Below are positions 29,477 to 36,832 of a stretch of 64,000 bases of DNA, piece after piece. The stretch comes from Escherichia coli. Its GTDB lineage: Bacteria > Pseudomonadota > Gammaproteobacteria > Enterobacterales > Enterobacteriaceae. Location: NCBI RefSeq assembly GCF_024298765.1, contig NZ_CP101210.1; one strand, written 5' to 3'. Made by a program: the position numbers and the translations under genes. Below the pieces are notes generated by a model. That model was not told where the DNA came from, ran no database searches, and was given only the letters and a program-made list of their open reading frames with translations. How positions within the stretch are numbered: the stretch's first letter is position 1; each line of letters opens with the position of its first letter.

Positions 29477-30079
29477 TTAGACTTCAATCGATTCAGAGAT
29501 CTCTAACGCATCATCGACTTCAATGCCCAGATAACGGACTGTGCTTTCCAGTTTCTTATGGCCTAACAGAAGTTGGATCACCCTGAGATTCTTAGTTTTC
29601 TTGTAAATCAGGTAAGGTTTTGTTCTTCTCAAGGAATGTGTACTGTAAAGCGAATCTTCGAGACCAAGTTTTGCTACCCACCCATGAAAAATTCGGTTGT
29701 ATTGCCGGGTTGATATGTGTTGGTTAGTACCGACCCGAGATCGGAACAAATAGTCTTTACTGCGTAAATTGCCAAGCTTTATCAATGCAGAAACAGCTTC
29801 TCTTGTCCCTTTGGTTATCTCAAATTGGACAGGGCTGCCGGTTTTCTGTTGTAGAACCGTAGCTCTGCTTGAAACAGAGCTACCATATGCAACATCAGAT
29901 ACTTTGAGTTTGACTAGATCACAGCCTCGAAGCTTACTGTCCAAGGCCATGTTGAACAGAGCTAAATCGCGTGTTTTACCTTCCAGTTCAAGTCGGATTC
30001 GGATACCCCAGATATGAGATATCTGAAGTGGTCTTTTTTGGCCTATGATACGGTCTTTGTTCCACGGTGACGTGTTCAT
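29477..30079 (-). CDS. Small (200 aa) tyrosine recombinase / integrase-family protein
   Basis: Contains ...DSKLRGCDLVKLKVSDV...TGSPVQFEIT...YSTHSLRRTKPYLIYKKTKNLRVIQLLLGHKKLESTVRYLGIEVDD. The R...HxLR...GH...Y catalytic pattern is present. The ATG at 30079 sits 8 nt after an aggag, whereas the ORF track begins at a TTG at 30085. Confidence 0.8.
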   Translation of the reverse strand: MNTSPWNKDRIIGQKRPLQISHIWGIRIRLELEGKTRDLALFNMALDSKLRGCDLVKLKVSDVAYGSSVSSRATVLQQKTGSPVQFEITKGTREAVSALIKLGNLRSKDYLFRSRVGTNQHISTRQYNRIFHGWVAKLGLEDSLYSTHSLRRTKPYLIYKKTKNLRVIQLLLGHKKLESTVRYLGIEVDDALEISESIEV

Positions 30080-30080
30080 A

Positions 30081-30111
30081 CTCAAATCTCCTGCAATGTG
30101 GGAGATTTGAG
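30081..30111 (-). promoter_or_regulatory. Perfect 11-bp-stem hairpin covering the recombinase Shine-Dalgarno
   Basis: ctcaaatctcc-tgcaatgtg-ggagatttgag. On the coding strand the aggag SD is inside the 3' arm. Confidence 0.5.
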
Positions 30112-30118
30112 TATGGTT

Positions 30119-30143
30119 GTCCTTATGAGCGAGGCGCGGAAGC
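30119..30143. repeat. Hairpin repeat R5 (degenerate type B)
   Basis: gtccttatgagcgaggcgcggaagc resembles gtccgctgagagcgaggagcggaagt of R2. Confidence 0.45.
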
Positions 30144-30195
30144 TCACTTTAGGGCAATCTAATTCACATGTCAGAGGATTTATAAAAAGAGAATA

Positions 30196-30441
30196 GTGCA
30201 GATTTTAGGGATACTTACACTTGCTATGGCATACTTTTTGGGACCCCATCAGTTTAGGGATCTGAATCGCCACAGCTTTGGTAGGCACCTGCTTTATGGT
30301 CACGTGCACCCGAAGATCCTGCGGGTACGCATGGGTCACGAAAAGTACGAGTCTACAGAAGTTAATTTACGGTTTTTTGCGCTCGATGTGGCTGCCAGCT
30401 ACCAAGTCCAGTTTACACTGGATACAACTAACGCGCTGTAG
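30196..30441 (+). pseudogene. C-terminal remnant of a second tyrosine recombinase
   Basis: HQFRDLNRHSFGRHLLYGHVHPKILRVRMGHEKYESTEVNL resembles the H-x-x-R ... GH ... Y box of integrases, but it is degenerate and lacks the N-terminal domains. Confidence 0.45.
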
Positions 30442-30474
30442 CAACTGCGTGGTGGAAGCTGATTAAAGGAGATA

Positions 30475-31578
30475 ATGATGTTCGATGTTGACGATACTGC
30501 ACCCGATACTCCCGCCCCCCGTGAACTCAGTCAGGATGTGCAGGCGCTGATCAACAATGGTCTGGATTTTCTGGATAAAGCCCGTGAAGAGTTGGAGGCC
30601 TCGAAGCCGAAGTTCTCCGTCGTCAGTTTCTGGACTGCGGTCGAGATTTTACTGAAAGTTCCGCTGGCGCACGAACACTGGTCGTTGGTCTGCAGCCCGA
30701 AAAAGCCAATAAAAAAGCAGGCTTACCTAGCCGGTGATTTTCAGTCGGTGACCTACGAAGAAACCCGTGAAAGGCTTAAGGACGTACTTGAAAGACCCCT
30801 AGACAGAGAAACGGACAGTGCTTTTGATAAGGTCAGAAAGCACCGCAACCGCGTAGTTCATTTCTACCACCCCACTTTCACCGAGGCTGAACAACGTCAA
30901 ATACTCAAAGAACAAGCTGACGCCTGGTTTGCCCTGAACCGGTTATTAAGGGATGAATGGAAAGTTATCTTCGGTGTCAAACATAATTGGAAGCTGGCTT
31001 TCGGTGAAACTCGTCTGATTAGGGGAAACAAATTTTATGCCGAGGTGCGGTTTAAACAGGTTAAGCCTGAACTCGAGCAGCTCTCTGAAAAGAATATTCA
31101 AATCGGTAACTGCAATGAGTGCCATCAGCATGCGACGGTAACAGGGACTGAAACGACCGGTAATGAAAACCGTAAGCTTGAAGTTACGCGGTGTAAGGTT
31201 TGCACCAGTGCTGTAAGGCAAATTACCCTAGTTTGTCCAGACTGCGAAATACCTCAATTGCTACCTGAGGGAGATAGTGATTTTGAATGCGAACACTGCG
31301 ACTACACTTCGGATAGGTATAAACTGCTGGATGAGGAGTTGTTCCACAGTGTGGATGAACAGCTACTCTCCGTATTTCCTGCTGGATGTACCAATTGCAT
31401 GACTCCTGAAAGCGTATGTAAATTTGGAGACGGCTATCTTTGCACTCAGTGTTTCATCTATTACACCGAGCTTCATGTATGTGGTTGTTGCGGTCACCTG
31501 AGCGATAGCGTTCCTGAACTGAGCCATATCCGAGGATGTGAATTTTGTGATGGTGACCAACGTTATTTTGATGACTGA
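30475..31578 (+). CDS. HEPN-like (Rx4H) domain protein fused to an array of CxxC zinc ribbons
   Basis: 367 aa. The helical N-terminal half contains KVRKHRNRVVHFYH. The C-terminal half carries at least 12 Cys in CxxC pairs (CNECH, CKVC, CPDC, CEHC, CTNC, CTQC, CGCC, CEFC). A strong RBS aaaggag lies upstream. Confidence 0.6.
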   Translation: MMFDVDDTAPDTPAPRELSQDVQALINNGLDFLDKAREELEASKPKFSVVSFWTAVEILLKVPLAHEHWSLVCSPKKPIKKQAYLAGDFQSVTYEETRERLKDVLERPLDRETDSAFDKVRKHRNRVVHFYHPTFTEAEQRQILKEQADAWFALNRLLRDEWKVIFGVKHNWKLAFGETRLIRGNKFYAEVRFKQVKPELEQLSEKNIQIGNCNECHQHATVTGTETTGNENRKLEVTRCKVCTSAVRQITLVCPDCEIPQLLPEGDSDFECEHCDYTSDRYKLLDEELFHSVDEQLLSVFPAGCTNCMTPESVCKFGDGYLCTQCFIYYTELHVCGCCGHLSDSVPELSHIRGCEFCDGDQRYFDD

Positions 31579-31616
31579 ATTACCATACATAATCTAGGCT
31601 CTTCAGGGATGGGTTG

Positions 31617-31648
31617 GACAGTCCGCTCCTGGCACAGAGCGGACTGTC
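31617..31648. repeat. Hairpin repeat R6 (type A, best preserved)
   Basis: gacagtccgctc-ctggcaca-gagcggactgtc has a perfect 12-bp stem. It lies 39 bp after the stop of the HEPN-like gene. Confidence 0.75.
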
Positions 31649-31799
31649 AGATTAGATTCAGACCTGTACTCATTAGCTGATACAAATCAGCCACATATAC
31701 CTGCATTCCAAATAATTTCAGGCAGATATTATCTCCGTGAATCCCCCCGCCACCTTTCCGGTGCGCGGGGTTTTGTCTTTTTTCACCGGGAATACATGT

Positions 31800-32234
31800 A
31801 TGAATCCGTCTGATGCCATTGAGGCAATTGAAAAACCGCTCTCCTCCCTGCCTTACTCACTTTCCCGTCACATCCTGGAACATCTGCGCAAACTCACCAG
31901 CCACGAACCCGTGCCTGGCATTATGGGTAAAAGCGGGGCCGGTAAATCCTCACTCTGTAATGCACTGTTTCAGGGGGAGGTCACCCCGGTCAGTGCACTC
32001 ATGACAGCGCTTCCCGGACATGCCGCCATCCCTCTGATGACACGCCTGCAGGACGAACTGCGCACGGAGTCTGTCCGCACTCAGACCCGTGAACAGTTTA
32101 CCGGTGCGGTGGACCGGATATTTGACACGGCGGAGAGTGTCTGTGTTGCCTCTGTTGTCCGTACGGCCCTGCGCGCAGTTCGTGACACGGTGGTCTCTGT
32201 TGCCCGCGCGGTATGGAACTGGATTTTCTTCTGA
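31800..32234 (+). pseudogene. yeeP: YeeP/YkfA/YfjP-family GTPase with large internal in-frame deletion
   Basis: Translation reads MNPSDAIEAIEKPLSSLPYSLSRHILEHLRKLTSHEPV.GIMGKSGAGKSSLCNALFQGEVTPVS, joined directly to ALMTALPGHAAIPLMTRLQDELRTESVR...WNWIFF. The P-loop and C-terminus are kept and the G-domain core is missing. Confidence 0.8.
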
Positions 32235-32340
32235 ACCCGGTGGTGATGTACCAGGCTGTTGTTACAGATTTTTAACTCCATGAAAACACTATGCAAACGC
32301 AGCTATACCCGGGGTGTCCCCTTGCGTTGTGCTTCCCAAG

Positions 32341-32400
32341 TTAATAGAATACATCGATCGTTACTATCATATCGATCGTTATAAACGATCGTTTGTAGTA
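32341..32400 (+). promoter_or_regulatory. Triple-GATC repeat cluster upstream of the dynamin-like operon (candidate Dam-sensitive operator)
   Basis: ttaatagaatacatCGATCGTTActatcatatCGATCGTTAtaaaCGATCGTTtg. GATC sites are at 32356, 32374 and 32387, and the cluster ends ~62 nt before the ATG at 32452. Confidence 0.55.
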
Positions 32401-32451
32401 AATGACCTCCTCCGTGGTTGTCATGAAAATGCGTCTCAGGAAGGTTAAATA

Positions 32452-34848
32452 ATGCACGAAAAGAACATCGCCCTGCTTTGTGATGAAGCCGACCGACTTT
32501 TGCAACTGAACATTAATCTGCTCCGGCAAATGGTTGAGGAGCCAGATGTGTTATCTGACAGTAAGAACGAAAACAGACTGCTTTTTGATAAACAGAAAGC
32601 ACTGAAAAGAATTGAGGAGCTGGAGGGCGAACAAATCAAAACCGCCCGCAGGGAGATGGTGCTGGCTGTTGTCGGCACGATGAAAGCAGGCAAATCAACC
32701 ACCATCAACGCCATTGTGGGGCAGGAAATTCTGCCTAACCGTAACCGCCCCATGACCTCTGTACCGACGCTCATCCGCCACGTTCCCGGAAAAACTGAGC
32801 CGGTTCTCCATCTGGAACATATTCAGCCTGTCCGCAATTTATTAATCACACTGCAGGAAAAACTCGCCACCCCGGCAGGACAGCAGGTCGCACAGACCCT
32901 GCAGCAAACCGGGGATACCCGCGAACTGCTGGATATTCTGACGGATGATGGCTGGCTCAAAAATGAATACCACGGGGAGGAGGAAATCTTTACCGGACTG
33001 GCATCGTTAAACGATCTGGTTCGTCTTGCTGCGGCAATGGGGACTGAATTTCCTTTTGATGAATACGCAGAAGTGCAGAAACTGCCGGTGATCGACGTGG
33101 AATTCAGCCATCTGGTGGGGATGGATGCATGCCAGGGAACACTCACACTGCTGGATACCCCCGGCCCTAATGAGGCCGGACAACCGCAGATGGAAGTGAT
33201 GATGCGGGATCAACTGCAGAAAGCCTCTGCGGTTCTGGCTGTGATGGATTACACCCAGATGAACTCAAAAGCGGATGAAGACGTCCGTAAAGAGCTTAAT
33301 GCCATTGCTGACGTATCAGCCGGCCGCCTGTTTGTACTGGTCAATAAATTTGATGAGAAAGACCGCAATGGCGATGGGGCAGATGCCGTACGCCAGAAAG
33401 TTCCGGCAATGCTGAACAGCGATGTGCTGCCCGCCTCCCGCGTTTATCCCGGATCCTCACGCCAGGCATACCTGGCTAACCGTGCGCTTCATGAGTTACG
33501 GAAAAACGGAACCCTTCCTGTTGATGAAGCCTGGGTCGATGATTTTGTCAGGGAAGCCTTCGGTCGCATGAAAAAAGATTACGTCTGTAAAGACAGCGAA
33601 CTGGCAACTGAAGGGGCGACAGACCTGTGGGAAGGCTCACTTATCGATCAACTGATAACGGAAGTCATACTGAGTTCACACTCCAGAGCGGCGGCACTGG
33701 CGGTTGATTCTGCTGCCGCAAAACTGATGCAGAATGCAGAAAATGTCAGCGAATATCTGTCATTACGCCATCAGGGGCTGCAGCAAAGCATTCAGTCACT
33801 GCAGGCGAATATCACCAGCCTGCTTGCGGATATCCGGAAAATCGCGGACTGTCAGGAGCAGGTGACCGCTGATGTCAGAATGGCCATGGAGGAGATCGAT
33901 GCCAGAACCCGGGAATTACTGACGGGGGTCTGCACCTCACTGGAAGAGGAGCTGAATGACTATTTCAGAACTGGTAAACGCAAAGAACAGCAAATGTTGG
34001 AGGAAGAAGACGCAGAACAACGAAGGTCCCGGTCCGGATTATGGGGAAAGATTTCTCAATGGTCCGGTATCAACAACCCGGGCTGGGAAGATTACAGGAA
34101 ACGAGACTTTGACCCGGAAAACCCCGAGATAACACTAAATAATCGTAGGGAAGCAATTGAATATATAGAGGAAATTGAGTCAACTGTGACCAGCCTGCAC
34201 CGTGAGGCTGAAGCACAGTTCCGGCCTGAGCTGGAGAAAATCGTCAGCGGGATTGAAACAGGTTTTCGTGGCACGGCCCTGTACGCCACAGAAAACATTG
34301 CCGGTCGCATCAATGCCCGCCTGGAGGATGAGGGCTTTACCGTAAAAATCAGTTTTCCGGCAGTCAGTCAGTTACAGACCCGGCTCGCGGTAAAAACAAA
34401 TCTGAGTGCGCTTATGGAGGAAAGAACGGAGACCGTCACCCGTCGCCGTCGGCAGAGTGGCGTATGGGGAACCGTTTGTCGATGGTTTGGCACCAGTGAC
34501 CTGGGCTGGGAAAACTATGACGAGGATGTGAGTCGCAGCGTGATCAATATCAACAAGGTCAGAGAGGAAGTTATGTCACTGACCCGGGCATATTTCGGGG
34601 AGCTGCAGGCATCCATTGAGCAGGATATTAACCAGCCCGTCCGCCAGGAAATCGATGCCTTTTTCTGCGCATTCAGGGAGAAAGTTGAACAACTGCGTAA
34701 CACGCTGATTCAGAGCTCTGAAGATCATAAACGCGATCAGCAGGCACAGGAACGGCTTACCGGGAGACTTCAGGCATTAAATGAAAGGGTTCCTGAGCTC
34801 ATTACTGACAGTAAGGCGCTGAGGGAAGAGCTGGAGACAATGCTGTGA
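32452..34848 (+). CDS. Bacterial dynamin-like GTPase (YjdA/RdcA-, LeoA-, BDLP-type)
   Basis: 798 aa. G1 is VVGTMKAGKSTTINAIVG, G2 candidate is PMTSVPT, G3 is LLDTPGPNE, G4 is VLVNKFDEKD. The long helical stalk carries an internally duplicated SG.WG...W.G....GWE.Y segment. Confidence 0.85.
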   Translation: MHEKNIALLCDEADRLLQLNINLLRQMVEEPDVLSDSKNENRLLFDKQKALKRIEELEGEQIKTARREMVLAVVGTMKAGKSTTINAIVGQEILPNRNRPMTSVPTLIRHVPGKTEPVLHLEHIQPVRNLLITLQEKLATPAGQQVAQTLQQTGDTRELLDILTDDGWLKNEYHGEEEIFTGLASLNDLVRLAAAMGTEFPFDEYAEVQKLPVIDVEFSHLVGMDACQGTLTLLDTPGPNEAGQPQMEVMMRDQLQKASAVLAVMDYTQMNSKADEDVRKELNAIADVSAGRLFVLVNKFDEKDRNGDGADAVRQKVPAMLNSDVLPASRVYPGSSRQAYLANRALHELRKNGTLPVDEAWVDDFVREAFGRMKKDYVCKDSELATEGATDLWEGSLIDQLITEVILSSHSRAAALAVDSAAAKLMQNAENVSEYLSLRHQGLQQSIQSLQANITSLLADIRKIADCQEQVTADVRMAMEEIDARTRELLTGVCTSLEEELNDYFRTGKRKEQQMLEEEDAEQRRSRSGLWGKISQWSGINNPGWEDYRKRDFDPENPEITLNNRREAIEYIEEIESTVTSLHREAEAQFRPELEKIVSGIETGFRGTALYATENIAGRINARLEDEGFTVKISFPAVSQLQTRLAVKTNLSALMEERTETVTRRRRQSGVWGTVCRWFGTSDLGWENYDEDVSRSVININKVREEVMSLTRAYFGELQASIEQDINQPVRQEIDAFFCAFREKVEQLRNTLIQSSEDHKRDQQAQERLTGRLQALNERVPELITDSKALREELETML

Positions 34849-35750
34849 CTTCACCATTTATTCAACAAATTGCTGATAACCGGGTATGTCAGGTACTCAC
34901 CTGTCTTCCTGAAAAATTTGTGGTTGATTTCGCAAACGGAATCGATGTTGCACAGGAGCATATCCGCACGGCCAGAGAGCGCACGTTCTTCCGGCGTTTA
35001 AAAGAGGGACTGACCGGCGAAGGCGCTGCACGGCAGAATGCCATCAATGCTTCGCTTGCACAGGGCGTTGAGGCGTCCCTGCGCTGGCTGACGGAGCTGA
35101 CAACGTCACTTGCCACCACAAACTACGCGATTACCCGGGTAAACGACAGGGTCAGTTCACTGGTCAGTGATACTGCCAGGCTGGCGCATTATTCCGCAGA
35201 TACACGGGAGCAGTTACTCATCCTGGCCGATCAGGTTCACCATAAACTGAATCATCTTGAAGAAAAACTCCACCGTGTTGACCAGGTTCAGCGGGCGCAG
35301 TTACATCTTGAGCAGATATTCTCATGGTGGAGCGCCGGGCGATACGCGTCATTTTCCCCTGCCGGACGTTGTTATGTGGCACTTGAAGAGCTTCGCTGGG
35401 GCGCGTTTGGTGATGTGATACGTCAGGGCGAAACAGGCCAGGTTAACCAGCTACTGGATATTCTCAGACATAAAGCATTAACGCAGATGGCACAGGAGAG
35501 TGGCGGTAGTGCAACCGTGCGTCTGAACACTCTGGACTGGCTTGGTGGTCAGGGCCGGGAGCAGGCAGATAACGAGTGGCATGACGCGATTAACTGGCTG
35601 GGAGACTGGTGCAGTGAAGAGCAGCATCCGGTGATCTGGTCAACCACGCAGGCTGCAGAACACTTACCGGTTCGCATGCCTCGCCTCTGCTCTGCAGAAC
35701 GCCTCTCTGAAAGTATGGTCGATGAAATATTTCAGAAGGGGGCTGCATGA
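34845..35750 (+). CDS. RdcB (YjcZ)-like dynamin partner protein
   Basis: 301 aa, mostly helical. Its GTG start overlaps the dynamin stop (GTGA). The size and position match the yjdA-yjcZ (rdcA-rdcB) arrangement in K-12. The family call is from memory, not from alignment. Confidence 0.5.
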   Translation: MTSPFIQQIADNRVCQVLTCLPEKFVVDFANGIDVAQEHIRTARERTFFRRLKEGLTGEGAARQNAINASLAQGVEASLRWLTELTTSLATTNYAITRVNDRVSSLVSDTARLAHYSADTREQLLILADQVHHKLNHLEEKLHRVDQVQRAQLHLEQIFSWWSAGRYASFSPAGRCYVALEELRWGAFGDVIRQGETGQVNQLLDILRHKALTQMAQESGGSATVRLNTLDWLGGQGREQADNEWHDAINWLGDWCSEEQHPVIWSTTQAAEHLPVRMPRLCSAERLSESMVDEIFQKGAA

Positions 35751-36817
35751 GTACAGAAATGAAAACGGGGCTGGTGCTGTCCGGTGGCGGGGCGGTGGGC
35801 GCTTATCAGGCGGGAGTGGTTAAGGCACTGGCAGAGTGTGGTACACAGATCAGCATGGTTTCAGGGGCCAGCATTGGCGCATTCAATGGTGCCATTATCG
35901 CGGCCTCTCCCGATCTGTCAGAAGCTGCCGTACGCCTGGAGGCGCTCTGGGATCATCTGGGGAATAATCAGGTGCTGTCGGTAAACAGATTGGTTTACTT
36001 TTCATTGCTGAAAAAACTGCTCCCGGCCATGAACCTCTGCCAGCTCCCCGGACGTGCGGGCGCACTGCTTACGACGCTTCTTCACCATATATCGACAATC
36101 AACAGGTTTGACAATCTGATGACTCAGCCGTTGTTGTCAGATGGGCCCCTGACAGTGCTGATGGATCATTATCTTGATACTGATGATCTGGCTGACGGGC
36201 TACCGTTGTATGTGTCGCTGTACCCCACGGAAGGGGGAATGCAGGATATTATCGACTGCATTCGTGCTGAACTGGGTACCGGAACTACAAAAAACTCCGT
36301 TTTTCAGCATATCCAGAGCCTGCCCCACGGGCAGCAGAAAGAAGCCTTACTGGCGTCAGCAGCACTGCCCCTGCTGTTCCGTCCCCGTGAGGTACAGGGA
36401 AAAATGTACGGTGATGGTGGTATGGGCGGATGGCAAAATATGCAGGGGAATACCCCTGTGACGCCACTGGTGGATGCCGGATGCAATATGGTGATTGTGT
36501 CGCATCTGAGTGACGGTTCTTTATGGGATCGCCGGGCTTTTCCGGACACCACAATCCTTGAAATCCGTCCCCGGAAAAAGCTGAAACAAACAGGGGAAGA
36601 AGGCAAAAGTGGCGGTCTGCTCAGTTTTACATCGGCACATATCGACACCTGGCGTCAGCAGGGCTATGAAGACACGATGCTGGCGATGGAGCATATCCGG
36701 AAACCACTGGAGGCGCGTCAGGCACTGACCCGGTCAGAGGCGGTGTTGCAGAAAAGTCTGGAGAAAACGGAAGAGGCAGATTTGGCACTGAGAAACGCGA
36801 TGGCCCGGATTAAATAA
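35747..36817 (+). CDS. Patatin-like phospholipase
   Basis: 356 aa with the oxyanion motif LSGGGAVGAYQAG, nucleophile elbow GASIG and catalytic Asp motif YGDGGMGG. Its start overlaps the previous stop (ATGA). Confidence 0.85.
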   Translation: MSTEMKTGLVLSGGGAVGAYQAGVVKALAECGTQISMVSGASIGAFNGAIIAASPDLSEAAVRLEALWDHLGNNQVLSVNRLVYFSLLKKLLPAMNLCQLPGRAGALLTTLLHHISTINRFDNLMTQPLLSDGPLTVLMDHYLDTDDLADGLPLYVSLYPTEGGMQDIIDCIRAELGTGTTKNSVFQHIQSLPHGQQKEALLASAALPLLFRPREVQGKMYGDGGMGGWQNMQGNTPVTPLVDAGCNMVIVSHLSDGSLWDRRAFPDTTILEIRPRKKLKQTGEEGKSGGLLSFTSAHIDTWRQQGYEDTMLAMEHIRKPLEARQALTRSEAVLQKSLEKTEEADLALRNAMARIK

Positions 36818-36832
36818 AGACGCCCCAAAGAA

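Noticed and set aside
27353-31648. Considered calling the hairpin-separated genes an integron cassette array or a CRISPR array
   Set aside because: The repeats are irregularly spaced (0.7-1.5 kb) and of two types, so this is not CRISPR. There is no IntI-type (~320 aa) integrase, no attI and no Pc. Apart from a possibly fortuitous GTTGGAC at 31614, the attC core sites (RYYYAAC/GTTRRRY) are not evident. I therefore report it only as cassette-like.
32445-35119. Minus-strand ORFs (62-109 aa) inside the dynamin-like and RdcB-like genes
   Set aside because: They are antisense to strongly supported coding sequence with intact GTPase motifs. No independent support.
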